From positions 2,236,721 through 2,300,720 of the forward strand of contig MU054526.1 in NCBI GenBank assembly GCA_013239625.1: a stretch of 64,000 nucleotides of DNA. The letters run 5' to 3'. How positions within the stretch are numbered: the stretch's first letter is position 1; the number at the start of each line of letters is the position of its first letter. The translations under genes were made by a program, and so were the position numbers. Source of the DNA: Lama guanicoe (lineage: Eukaryota). The notes beneath the pieces were generated by a model. It was not told where the DNA came from. It did no database searches and saw nothing but the letters and a program-made list of their open reading frames with translations. Shown here piece after piece: positions 15,557 to 31,100 of the stretch.

Positions 15557-18500
15557 ATGACCACACCGGCAGGCTCGGGCTCGGGCTTCGGCACTGTGTC
15601 CTGGTGGGGCCTGTCCCCGGCGGTGGACCTGCAGGCTGAGAGTGAGTCCCCCACGCAGGATCACAAATCATCCTTCGGAGCCTGGCAGATGGCGCGCTAA
15701 TGTTCTCTGAGGCTCCAAGGGCGGGGGGTGCCCCCCAGTGCAGTCTAGATGCCTCTCTGCGGGCTACGAGGTCCCGCAGAGAATGCTTAGAGGCACAGCT
15801 CCCTTTGAAACCTAGGCCAGAGGTGCAAGTCCTGCTGGGAGTTATAGTCCATCGTGTTGGGCCTGTCTTCAGGGCCGCTCTCCAGGCCACCACCCTCAGC
15901 CCGCTGTCGTCTCCTTAGGTCCTCCTGTGGACCCAGACTTGCAGGCTGATACAGAGCACGGGACACCCGACCTAAATGTGCTGCTATTGGGCTCCACGGA
16001 TGGGCGGCACCTGCTGCAGACCCTGGCCCGGGCTGCTCTCTGGCCCCAAAGGAGGTTTCAAGTGAGCTGGGATTATGGGGTAGTGGAAGGAGGATGAAGA
16101 TGAGAGCCTAGAGGGAGGAAGGAGCTGGAGGCCCAGACTCCTAGGTCTAGGAAAGGAAGGGCCTGGGGTTGGCTACTCCAGGGTTCAAATGGGAGGAAGA
16201 GCCTAAGGATTGGGTCTCCTGCGTAGTGATGGGGAGGAGGGTTCTGAGTTCCTCACTCCTGTGTTTGAAGGATAGAATAAAGGTCTCCTGGGTCCTGTGG
16301 AAGGAGGGGGCCAAGGTCTCCGATTCCTGGGTCTCATAAGAGCCAGGGACACAGATCTCAGAATTACTTTTCCCTGTCCATCTTTCCAGTTTTATGTGCT
16401 GGAGAATAATCTGGAGGCTGTAGCCCGCCACATGCTGATCTTCAGTCTAGCCCTGGAGGATCCTGAGAAGATGGGGCTGCAAGGTCAGTTGCAAAGACTC
16501 AGGCAATCTGGCCCCCAGCCCCTCCTAGCTCCCTGCAGGAATTCAAACATTTTAATGGTGCAATTAAGCGTTTTGGACATTGTTCCTCGTTTCATCACTT
16601 GCTCACTCGTTTGGTAGCCTTAGAGCCTCAGCTTTTCCCACCTGTGAAGTGGGGCTAAAAATAACACTTCCTAGAATCAATTAGAGAGTTCCAGTAGAAA
16701 ATCCACATCAGACTCTCAGAACTGTGCATGACACCGTATAAGCATTCAAAACCTCCTTCCAAGGGAGAAACCCAAAAGAGATCAAGGGACTTCCTGAGAG
16801 GTAGTGAGTCCCCTAGATGTTGGGGGAGTTTGACTGAGCTGAACTCTGTCCTGCCCAAAGCCTCCCGCAGGCCTGAGTCTCCCCTAATTAGAGGTGTGAA
16901 CCCCCAGGAGTCTGCCTGGAGGAGGCAGCCTTGGAAGTGAAACTATAAGGAGGAGAGGGGAGGAGGATTTGGGTAGGAAATTATTTCCCAGTGACAAAAA
17001 TTTTGGTTTGGTGCCTAGAGCAACGTCTAAATTCAGGCTGTGTTCAAATTCTGATTCTGCTTGCTGTGTGACCTTGGGCTAATATCCATCCCTTTCTGGG
17101 CTTCCATTTCTACGTTTATAAAATGGAGATCCTCAAAATTCTTCTTCTGTAGAGTTCTTGTGATGATTCAACGAAAAAACTGCATAGCTCCTGGCTTATA
17201 ATATAAACTCAATACATTTTAGTGATTATTTTTATCATGATTATAGTTGGTAGATGTCATTAATAGTCCAGGGCATTCAGAAGACATCGCATAGATTTCA
17301 TAATGCACCTTGTAAATGCTCTTAAACAAGGAGGACTAATCTAATCTATAATCTAACTAAAGGTATACAGTTCTCTCTTATAAGGTACTTAAACAGTAAA
17401 ATGAAACAATTTAACATTTTAACACATATACATCTTCATCTCCACCGATATTTATATATAAGCTTTTCTTTTTAAGGCAAAAGAAATTAAACACGAAATT
17501 CAGGATTGGGGTTGCCTCTGGGGTGGGAAGGAATAGGCAAAGAGACCTAGGTGAGGTATAAATAATTCTTTGTGTTCTAGCTGTTGAGATGGGTGGGGAG
17601 TTTGCCTGGGTTCGTTGTGCTTGTTACATGACTATGAAATTATAAGATCATTATAAAGTGGGTATGCGCCATTCACGTGGGTCTCATTTCTGGCTCACTC
17701 CTCTACTCCCCCCACTAACTTTCCCCCTCCCTGCAGAGAAAAGTGAGACCTTCCTGGAGATGTGGGGGAACGCACTGCTGCGCCCCCCAGTGGCCGCCTT
17801 CGTTCGCGCCCAGGCGGATCGCCTGGCTCACCTGGTCCCGGAGCCCGACCGCCTGGCGGAGCAGTTGCCCTGGCTCAACCTGGGCGCCCTAAAGGTGCCG
17901 CCTCCCGTCCTCCGACCATTGCCACCTGGGATCCGGGTGGCGGCGGGAAGAAGAGAGTTTACGTTGATGGAGCGGGCTGCGGGCTCGGGAGTCCGAACCC
18001 TGGCTCCCGGGCTCCCACTGTGGGATATGGCCCAGGGGGTGGCTGCCCTCTCTTGAGCCTCAGTTTCTTCATCTGATAAAAAAGAGAATCGTTCCCACGC
18101 CCTGGGCTCCGGGAAGGGAGGGTCAAGCAGGAGAAGCCGCTCTCCCTGCAGCCGCCTCTCCCTTGCTCTCTCTCCGCGCGTTCCTGACCGCGCAGTTCCG
18201 CGAGCGCGACGCGCTGGAGGCGGTGTTCCGCTTCTGGGCCGGCGGGGAGAAGGGGCCCGAAGCCTTCCCCATGAGTTCCCTGTGGGACTCGAGGCTGCGT
18301 CACTACCTGGGCTCCCGTTACGACGCGCGGCGCGGTGTCAGCGACTGGGACCTGCACATGAAGCTGCACGATCGCGGGGTGAGGGCTGGGGGGAAGGGCC
18401 TGGGGTCCCCAGCCCTGGGTGCGAAGTGGGAGGGGCTGGGGGCCGGACTCCAGGGTCTGAGGGGAGGGCCTGGGGCTCGTATACCAAATTCACTGAGGCC

Positions 18501-20685
18501 TCTTTTCTTCCCTCTCCTGACCCTAGGCCCGAGTCATCCACACCCGTGAGTTTCGGCGCTGGAGGGACACAGGTGTCGCCTTTGAACTCAGAGACTCCAG
18601 TGCCTATCACGTGCCCAACCGGACCCTGGCATCCGGTCGCTTCCTGAGCCATGTGCGTGTCCACTCTCTACCCTGGATTCTCCTTCTTTTCGGGGACCTA
18701 GGAGCCGGGGTCCTCAACCTCGACCTGACCCGTCTCCTCTCTTCCTGCTTTTCCAGCGTGGGGAGCGCATTGCAGCGCGCGGGTACTGGGGGGACATCGC
18801 CACGGGGCCCTTTGTGGCCTTCGGCATCGAAGCGGACGACGACAGCCTCCTGCGGACCAGCAACGGGCAGCCAGTCAAGGTGTGCGGCATAAGGTGCTGG
18901 GGCTGAAGGCGAGTTCGCGAGGCCCCGCCCTCTGCCGTCCAGGCCCGGCCCCTCATTTTGGTGAGGTTACTGAATCCATTTAACAGGCTCCGCCCACCTC
19001 TACTTCCTAAACCCGATCATAAATCCAAGCTTGGAGGCCTGCGGGCTCTGTGGGTGGGGAAGCCAGAGGGGTGGCGTTCTCTAAGCCTTTCCCGGGCCAC
19101 CCTGGCCCCACAGTCCTAGCCCCGCCTGTAGCCACATCCCTTCTTTCCCCCGAGACTGCGGGCGAGATCACACTGCACAACGTGACGGAGATGTTCCGAG
19201 AGATCACCGCCTGGCGGCGCCCGAGAGTCGCCCAGGGAGACCCCGAGCAGGTGCGAGGCGACGGGGACGGAAGCCCGGAGCCTGGTAAGCGACGGAATCA
19301 ACCTTCTCTTTTGAGTTGGGAGGCGGGGCTCTGATAATGAAACTCGGGTAGAGTGGGACCCGGACCCTCGTCCCAGGCTTCAGGCTCTAAGTATTTCACA
19401 CCCAAGCATGGACTGATACAGTATCGAGTGTCTGGACCAGTGACTTCCCCCTCCTGACATCCGGTCTGCTTTTCTCTCTTTGAGTTTCTCTCCCTTTCCT
19501 AAATCCTGACACCATTCTTAGCATTCCGAACTCCAAGAGTCGAATTCTAACCCTACCTGCAGAAGTCCAAGAGCCTGAGACCATTTTAATAAGACACTGG
19601 CTCCCAGCTCACATTTGAAGAGACGCCCCCCCCCAGTCTGGTCACACCTCCGTCTACCCAACCCCCATCCTGGGTGTCTGGATGTCCTGTGTGGCTATGG
19701 GCCGCCCACTCTCTCCTGGTCTGTAAAATGAGTCTCTCTCCGCCTGCTGGGCCAAACTTCCTAGAATTTTCAAGGATCTACCTAAAAGAAAGGATGAGAA
19801 AGGGCTTAAAGACGGACGAGGAGCGTTATCTCCAAACTCTGTGTTTGCCTAACCCTGTCCCTCTTCCACAGCAGGCCCTGCCCTGGAATCCTTCACTGTC
19901 CACTTCCTGTCCCTCGGTTCTGCCCAGACCCTCCACCACAAGAGCTGCTACAAGGGACGGTTCCAGCTTCTCTACGTGGCCTGTGGGTAAGAGGGCCTGG
20001 GAGGTTCCCAGACTTCTCTCCCCCAACGCCTTCTCCCTCGGACCCAGGAGTCCAGGCTCCCAGAGCCTCCTTTATCAGTGTCCAGGTCCCCGGCCTCCCT
20101 CTTCCCTTAGGACTTTAAAGCCTGAGCCTCAGCCCTCCCCTTTGTTTCTCCGCAGGATGGTCCATCTTCTCAGCCCTGAGCTCGGAGCCTGTGTGGCCCC
20201 TGGAGGACGCCTGATTGTGGAATTAGCCCAGTGAGTCGGTGGAGTGCCGGGCAGGGAACTTGTAGCCTGGGGTGGAAAGCCAAGCCAGGTCTCCTAATAC
20301 GCTGCTTCCTGGTTTCAGATACCTGGTGGACCTGCGGCAGGAGCAGCTGCAGGGGTTCTCCACCAAGGTCGGGGAGCTAGCACAGACGGCTGGATTCGCC
20401 CCGCACCCTGGGGCCAAGCCCTCGGAAACCTTGGCGCGCTTTTACAAGGCGGGAGACTCTGGTTCAGGCTGCATGGACCTAACGGTGGAGCCTGGGACTC
20501 CACCTCCTGAAGTCCTGGTCCCTCCCCTTGGGGCAACCAACCCGCCCTCTGAGGACCTGACCCAGCCCCTCGAAGGCCGGGTCCCACCCTCGGAAACCCT
20601 CAACCTGTCCTCAGAGTCTCAGGCTTCACCCTCAGAGGCTTTGGCTCCACCTACAAGGAGTCAGTTCCACATTTCTAATCTCTAA
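15557..20685 (+). CDS. DNAAF3: Dynein axonemal assembly factor 3 (PF22), 532 aa
   Basis: Exons 15557-15641, 15919-16061, 16390-16483, 17737-17894, 18196-18378, 18527-18652, 18757-18879, 19155-19284, 19872-19986, 20156-20230, 20319-20685 total 1599 nt. [22 protein letters not shown] start; [17 protein letters not shown]; [12 protein letters not shown]. Confidence 0.95.
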
Positions 20686-21269
20686 AGTCAGATTCTAGAA
20701 TTAGAACCCGCCTCTAGAATATGCAGCTTCACTTTCAACATTCTCACTCAGCCCCTGAGGTGTCGCCAGAATTTCAGGCTCTATCCTTGGGATTCTATAT
20801 TTTATCCCTAGAATTCTAGATTGTTCTCCGAGTTCTACATCCCACTCCTGAGACTAAACGCAGGCTGGAGGTCCCCTAGGGCTTGGGCCTTTTGCTTGTC
20901 CCCTTGTCGCCAGGTATCCCATTCCTAACCAGGGGCTAGGGGTGTCTCCTTTCGCGGGGCTGGTCAAGTAAAGAGAGTCCTCTTCTCCTTGTGTCCGTGT
21001 GTCTTTCCTGCCTTCAGTCTGTCTCCAGGGGAGGGGCAGGAGTGGTCAAGAAAGGAGACCAGAGACCAGATTTCTGGGTTTCCAAATGGACTAGGGGTGA
21101 ATTTCTCTGTGCTGCTTGCTGAGAACATAGGCATCCCACACCTAGATCCTCAAATAAATCAGAAAAATTTATCGATTGGCTAACAGGTTTGGGGCACTGA
21201 AACTGACCAAAGTTGGTGAGAAAGACAAAGTTCCAGCCCTCATGGAGATTGCAGTTTAGTGAGGGGGTG

Positions 21270-21415
21270 GGACCTAGACCCCGGGTCTGATGTTGAAGGG
21301 GACTGGAGGCCCAGACTCCTGGGTCTGAGGGATGAGGGGCTGGGGATCTGGACTCTTGGGTCTGAGGGAGGGGAGTTTGTGGGTCTAGACTCCTGGGTTG
21401 GTGGGAGGGGGGGCT
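21270..21415 (+). repeat. MSR1-like ~36-37 bp G-rich minisatellite upstream of TNNI3
   Basis: About 4 degenerate units of (ctggactcctgggtctgagggaggaggggctgggg). Confidence 0.75.
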
Positions 21416-21459
21416 AAATTCTCAGTCCATCAAGGTGGAGGGGTGAGCCAGCTGGAGCA

Positions 21460-21560
21460 CAGCCCGCCCCACCCCTCACGCGCCCCGTTATCTCGGATCA
21501 CGGGCAAGGGGAGGAGGGGGCAGCAGTATATTTAGTCTCTGTCCTCGCCCTTTATCTCAG
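21460..21560 (+). promoter_or_regulatory. TNNI3 proximal cardiac promoter
   Basis: Sp1/CACC box (cccgccccaccc ~21463), GATA sites TTATCT at 21488 and 21552, A/T-rich TATA/MEF2-like TATATTTAG 21527-21535. Confidence 0.75.
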
Positions 21561-21704
21561 TGTCCTCAGTGAAGCTTGAGCAGACCGGACAAGACGGAAG
21601 TCCCAGGGGCCTTCAAGGTCAGCCGGACGGCCCCACACTGATCTTCCAAGAAGGGCCCCTTGCCCCTTTCTCTGCGTCCCCCAACTCTTGGCCTGAGACT
21701 CAGC

Positions 21705-24959
<3,255 letters not shown>

Positions 24960-25012
24960 GCCGGCCTGTGCATGGCCCTGGCCCCGGCCCTGGCCCGGCC
25001 CCGGCCCTGAGG

Positions 25013-25018
25013 AATAAA
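25013..25018 (+). terminator. TNNI3 polyadenylation signal (AATAAA)
   Basis: AATAAA 53 nt after the stop codon. Confidence 0.85.
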
Positions 25019-25215
25019 GCTTCTCTCTGAGCAGGGAGTGGCTGTGTGTCTACCCTCTGGTGGGCTTAGGTGCGAGGGAGGCAGGAGAACTGAGGGCAGG
25101 GCTCCCCAGAGCCACACAGCACAGCCGGAGCAGAGCTGGCTCTCCAACATGGGGCGTTCTCAGCTCCTCTGCTCCACTTGGGGGTGCACAGGGGTGCCGA
25201 GACCAAGGCCCAAGT

Positions 25216-25700
25216 CAGACAGACACACGGAGGGACAGACAGACTGGGTCAGAGACGCGGGGAGAGAGAGCCAGCCAGAGACAGAGATTCATAGGAAGAA
25301 GTTGACAGAAAGGGAAAGGAGAGCGACAGGTACACACAGCGAAGCCCAGTGATGCCCTCGCCTTGGGAGAGGCAGAAGCGAGGACCCACAGAGGGAGGAC
25401 CACAGAGACATAAAGAGACCCCCCCCACAGAAAAAACGAGCTAGAAAGGTAGAGACAGACACAGAGCTAAAGACAGACAGAAACCAGGTCACGGACCAGG
25501 AGACACAGACATCAAAAGACAGACAAACAGCAGCAGATACGCAGAGACACCCACAGAAATGCAGAGAGAGGAAGGAGGGGAGAGACATGCAGAGTGAAGA
25601 AGTCAGAGACAGAGATACAGAGAGAGGCCAAAGAGAGCCCCTAAGCCGGCCATGGAGAAATGCAGAGAAATGGAAACAGAGAGACAAAGCCAGAGCCACT
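25216..25700. repeat. GA/AGAC-rich low-complexity purine tract between TNNI3 and TNNT1
   Basis: Degenerate (AGAC)n/(AGAG)n; a second patch lies at about 25940-26090. Confidence 0.7.
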
Positions 25701-26379
25701 GAGAAGGGTGAGGAATCCCCTAGAGTTCAAGGTCGTGGCTTGGCTGGGAAGGGGGAGGGGATACCAAAAAAGAACAGTGTCAGATGGAGGTGGGGGGTGT
25801 GAGGTCCTGCGGGCCTGACACCCCCTCCCCCTCCCCCAACACACACCTGTTTCCCTGCTTTAGCGCCTGTTGTCACCAGGGTGGAATCCTGGTGGCAGAC
25901 AAAGAGATGGGGGTGGGGAGGGCTGTGCAGGGTGATGGACAGACAGAGTGCGGAGGCTGAGAAGTGGAGACAGACACACAGAGAAACAGATGGAGAGTCA
26001 CAGAGACAAAGGAGAGACAGACAGAAACAGGGTATGGGAGGTGGAGGCCAGGAGAGACCCAGAGAAAGACATGAGACTGTGGAGAGAAATCGTCCCTTGT
26101 ACCCCTGTCATCAAAAAGCATTCCCCAGGGACGTACTGTGTGCCGAGCCCGGGGGCTTCGGACCAGAGTGTGCTGCCTGCTTTGTGAGCTGGGGAGCCTG
26201 AGGGTGGTCTGGCTCAGCCCAGAATTCCTGAGTAATGCTTTGGGGTGAGGGAGAGAGGACTTGGAGCAGTTAGGAGGTGCCTGGGTCCCGAACGTGGAGC
26301 CAGAGTGGGGGCAGGGCATTCTTGGAGCCGGGCTGAGTGTTTGAGGAAAGGAATTCTCTCCCCAAACCTCTCCCCGTCG

Positions 26380-26478
26380 TCAGAGGCGGGGCCGAGCCTC
26401 CGGCTATAAAACGGGGTGCTCCAGCCTGCCCAGCAATACTCAGCCCCGCTGCCTACACCTCTGCTGACCCAGCCTCAG
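26380..26478 (+). promoter_or_regulatory. TNNT1 promoter and non-coding exon 1
   Basis: GC box ggcgggg at 26385, TATAAAA at 26405-26411, donor CCTCAG|GTAACC after 26478. Confidence 0.75.
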
Positions 26479-27599
26479 GTAACCAGCCCTGCTGTCTCTT
26501 TGGGGAGGGGGCAGAGGGTGGGAGATGTGAGAGGTGTGAAGAGGTATCCAAGCAGAGGGGGCATGAAAAATGAAGGTCTGGGAATTTAAGCGGGTCAGGC
26601 TTCAGGGGAACTGGGGATGGAGGGAAATGTTTTAGGATTGGGTGGTTATAGAATTTGGGGGTGCCAAAATATAAAACCTTGGGACCTCAGAGGTCTGAGC
26701 TGGAAGGAATCTCAGAAATTGGGAGTCTCATGGCAGTCTTCGATGGCAGACAGTTTGGGTGTCAAGACTGGGATGGGGGTGGCATTTCTCAGAATCTTGG
26801 AATTTAGGAATTGAGGTCTCAGGATCTCAGGTCTTAGGACTGGAGGGACCAGAATTTGTAGTGTCATATTTTTGGGTACCATGAATCAGGCCCCTGAGTT
26901 TGGGCACCCAGATTTTGGGGTCTTGTGATCTTGAAGCTTCAGATTTGGGGTGTCAAGACCTAGGGGTCAATATTTTAGGGTGTCTGGGCCCATCATCTGG
27001 GGTAGCAGTTGGGGGTCTCAGTCTGAAGATATGAGATTTTCAGAATGGTTTTCAGAATTCATAAATTGGGGTCTGTGTGTATTGGGATTTGGGGGGACTC
27101 TCTTAACCTGGGCAACTTGGGGATCTCAGAGATTGGGGGTCTAAGTATTTAGGGGTCAGGATGAGGTCTATTGCAAAGCTGCTCTTGATGTGACCTGTCC
27201 CCTCCATGGCAGTGGGTGAAGGTGAAAGGAGGGGACAGGTGGGCAGAGAAGCAGCCAAAGGGGAGGGGGGTCTGGGGGTGGGAGTGGGGAGGGGTTGTGA
27301 TTCATTCTCCCAGAAACCTCCCCCCTCCTCAAATGCTTCTCAGGAGATGTCCTCAGTTTCACCCTCTACGACATTCCCCTGAAATAGATCCTGGGGGCGG
27401 GGCAGCTATTGTCTTCAGGACACTGCCTTCCCAAATGCCTTCTCCTAATCCCGACTCAGATCAGGTTCCTTCGGACTTGTCATAAGACAAAGGAGGACAG
27501 CTGTGCTGCGGGGGTGGGGGCTGCAGCCTTGGAGCTTTGCCGGGACCACACCTCCCAACGCCCTGTCTTCACCCGAGGTTTAGGGGTCTTTAGGAGTTG

Positions 27600-27857
27600 G
27601 GGGCCCCAGCCCCTCCTCCGTCAGACCCAGGGGTCCTGGCCCCCAGCCCTTCCTCCGTCANNNNNNNNNNNNNNNNNNNNNNNNNNNNNNNNNNNNNNNN
27701 NNNNNNNNNNNNNNNNNNNNNNNNNNNNNNNNNNNNNNNNNNNNNNNNNNNNNNNNNNNNNNNNNNNNNNNNNNNNNNNNNNNNNNNNNNNNNCTTCTCC
27801 TCCCTCACACCCAGTGGTCCAGCCTTCCAGCCCCCTCCTCCCTCAGACCAGGGGTCA
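27600..27857 (-). repeat. MSR1-like minisatellite array running into assembly gaps (27661-27793, 27858-28093)
   Basis: ccccagcccctcctccgtcagacccaggggtcc units abut both N runs. Confidence 0.75.
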
Positions 27858-28151
27858 NNNNNNNNNNNNNNNNNNNNNNNNNNNNNNNNNNNNNNNNNNN
27901 NNNNNNNNNNNNNNNNNNNNNNNNNNNNNNNNNNNNNNNNNNNNNNNNNNNNNNNNNNNNNNNNNNNNNNNNNNNNNNNNNNNNNNNNNNNNNNNNNNNN
28001 NNNNNNNNNNNNNNNNNNNNNNNNNNNNNNNNNNNNNNNNNNNNNNNNNNNNNNNNNNNNNNNNNNNNNNNNNNNNNNNNNNNNNNNNNNNNNCTCCCTC
28101 TGGCCCCCACCTCATTCTGCCTGTTCTCTGCGGCGCATAGGTCGCACCAAG

Positions 28152-31100
28152 ATGTCGGACGCCGAAGAGCAGGAATATGAAGAGTGAGTGATGCTGCCGG
28201 GAGGGCTGGGGGCTTGGAGCGGTGGAGACATGTCTCACCTCCAACGCGCCTAACTCTCCTCCTCCCTCTTTCCTTCCCACCCGGGTCTTCAGGGAGCAGC
28301 CTGAAGGTGAGTGGAGTGTGGGCTGGCCTTGGGGGGCCTGGGGACACCTTGGTGCATCTTAGCCCACCCGCCCGATGCCCACCGTCCCGGTCCGTACAGC
28401 CAACAGGAAGAGCTCACTGAGCGCACATGCAGCTGAGACCCAGGGGGGGTTCCCTGGCCCAGCTGACTCGAACCCAAGCCCGGGTCTCTGCCCACTCACC
28501 CACTCTGTTCCCCCATCTGAAGGCCCTGTCGCCCTCGGCCCCCTGGGTTCCTAACGCCTCCTCTTCTCTCCCCCACCCCTTCCAGAAGAGGAGGCTGCTG
28601 AGGAGGAGGAAGGTGAGGCCCTGGACTCCGCAGGCCTGGAGCTGGAGACGGGGCTGGGGGGCTGGGTGGGGTGGGAAGGCTGGTCCAGGGTTCCTGCTGG
28701 GCGGAGGACGGGGCTCCCCACAGCCTCGGCCTCAGTTCCTTTAACAGCTTCTCCCTCTCTCCCCTCTCTCCCCCTCCTGCATCCGGGCGTGGCCGCTCCC
28801 CTCCCCTGGCTCCCCAAATCCCCGCTTCTCCTCCTGCCCCCTCCCCAGCCCCCGAGGAGCCGGAGCCGGCGGCAGAGCGAGGTAACCGCGGCTGCTTCGC
28901 TTCCTGAGAGCGATTTCGCGGGCCCTCGGGGCCCTGATCTCGACGTTGACTCCCTGCGCATCCCTGTAACCCGCCCCAGGCCCGGTCCTTTAAGCCCTGG
29001 AGAGCTCGCGCGCCCTCTGGTGGCCACGAAGGGAAATAGCCTCTCAGAGGCTTTAACCCGTTCCCTTCCTTCTTAAAGGGACCGACACCCAAGCCTTCTT
29101 CCCCAGACTGGAGGAATACTTATAGAAGGGTTGGATGTTTGCGGAGAGGCACCCCTCCCCCGTCTCATCTTCGCCTGTCTGTTATTTCTCTCCTCCATAT
29201 ACATTCAAAGCTTGGGGCCTGAGGTGCAGAAGGGTCTAGCAGTGGGAGTCTGGATTCTTGTGTTCCCAAGGGGGACGGGGCCCGGGACACAACTCCTGGG
29301 TCAGCGAGTGAAGAGAGGGATTGGGGCGTCCCTGCACTGCTAGGTCTTGATGGAGGAGGTCAGGAGCTCTGGATGCGGAGAAGGAAAGGCTAGGGGTTTG
29401 GACGCCTGGGTTCCCAGAGAAGTGGGAGGGGATCCCCACACCAGTTCTGAATGTATATCTGATGCGTGTGACCCTCTCCCTCCTTTATGGCCACCCTGAC
29501 TTCCCTTATCCTCTTTTATCCCCTCACCTCACCCCTCCCCCAGAGCTGCAAGAGAAGGGGACTGGGCTTTGGGGACCAAGGCTTGGGTGGGGGCTGGTTT
29601 CTCTCATTTGAGTGTGTCATACCCACCCCCATGAACTCTTGCTAATTATCTCTTTGTATTCCTCTACCAGAAGAGGAGCGCCCCAAACCAAGGTGAGATC
29701 CTAGGGGAGTGGGGGCCTCAATCATGTCATCCTAAATATGTCCCCCAGTTCCAGGGACAGGATGCAAAAAAGACAGAGAAGGAAAGTGGAGACATAGAAA
29801 CAGGCAATAGGACAGTGATTCCTTCTTTCAGCAAACATTTCCAGAGAACTTCCCACTGTTTGGCGAGTCAGACCCTGGCTGCCCTGTTGGTGAAACAGAA
29901 CCAGATACAGCAATGGTAGCACAGAGGAGGGCCCTAGGCAATCACGGAAGGCTTCCCAGGGGAGGTGATGCCTGAGTCCTGAGGGACAAGGTGTTTGTTA
30001 GCTGAAGGAGAGAGATTGTAGACCAGGAAGTGGTGTGGCACGCACAAAGTCTGGTGGTTGGGTCTAAGCCAGTCTTTCAGGGAACAGGTGCAGACACAGG
30101 TCATTCTGATGAGGAGGATCACAAACTGGGCAGACCAGTGGAGGCTATGAGAGCTCATGGAGTGGGGAGAAGAGCCCCAGAGGAGGTGACATTGGGGCCA
30201 AAGCTTGGAGATGCAAGGAGGCAGCAATCCAAGCATGAGAGGCAGAAATTCTATGGACCTGGGTGGACAGCAGTGTGAATTTCACTGTGCCTGGGGGATG
30301 GGACCTTGGAAGCCAGGGCACTGAGGAGTCTTGAAAGGGTTTTGAACAGAGGAGGCAGAGGGTCAGACCCAGCTGAGAGAGCACATGAGTGCCTCGGCAT
30401 CAAGGGAAGACCTCAGGGGGTGGAGAATATCAAGGGAGAGGCATGGCAGGCAGAGAGAAGAGCATATGCAAAGGCCCAGGGGCATGAAGGCACATGACAT
30501 GGCCAGGGAAGCTTGAAATGTGGTGTGTGTCTGTGCGCGAAGAGAGAAGACCCTGGAGAAGTTGGCTGGGGCCAGATGGAGAACAGCTCTGAACGCCAGG
30601 CTGAGTTGACTGGACTTTGTCTTAAGGGTTAGATCTGGGTGTTAGAAAGGCCCTCTGGAGTCCTGAAGGAAGATGAACCAAAGGTGGACAGCTGGAGGCT
30701 GGGAGGCCAGGGAGGAGGCTGGCATGAAGGTTCAGGTGAGAGGGCAGATCAGCTCAGCTGCGGCACAGTGTGTCTGAAAGCAGAAAATGTCTGTTAACTT
30801 AAGTCCGGGGTTTAGGAGAGAGTCTGGGGTGGAGATAGAGTTGATGAATCCCCAGTAATGGATGATAGTCAATGTCATAAGAGTGAATGACATTAATCCC
30901 AAGAGTATCCTATGAATGAATCAAAGGGCAAAACTCTCATCAGGGGACAAGGAGACGGCGATGGGACAGCCGGAGATATAGGAAGAGAATCAGGAGAAGG
31001 TGCTGTGTCTTAGAAACCAAAGAGAGAGAAAATATGGGTATGGAAGTGCTCTGGGTAGGAAATCAAGGAGAGGGTAGGGGCTGACCCCCAGAGCAGCACA

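Noticed and set aside
27409-28347. ORFs spanning 27.4-28.3 kb
   Set aside because: They are open only because of N runs; the only real coding sequence here is TNNT1 exons 2-3 (28152-28183, 28293-28306).
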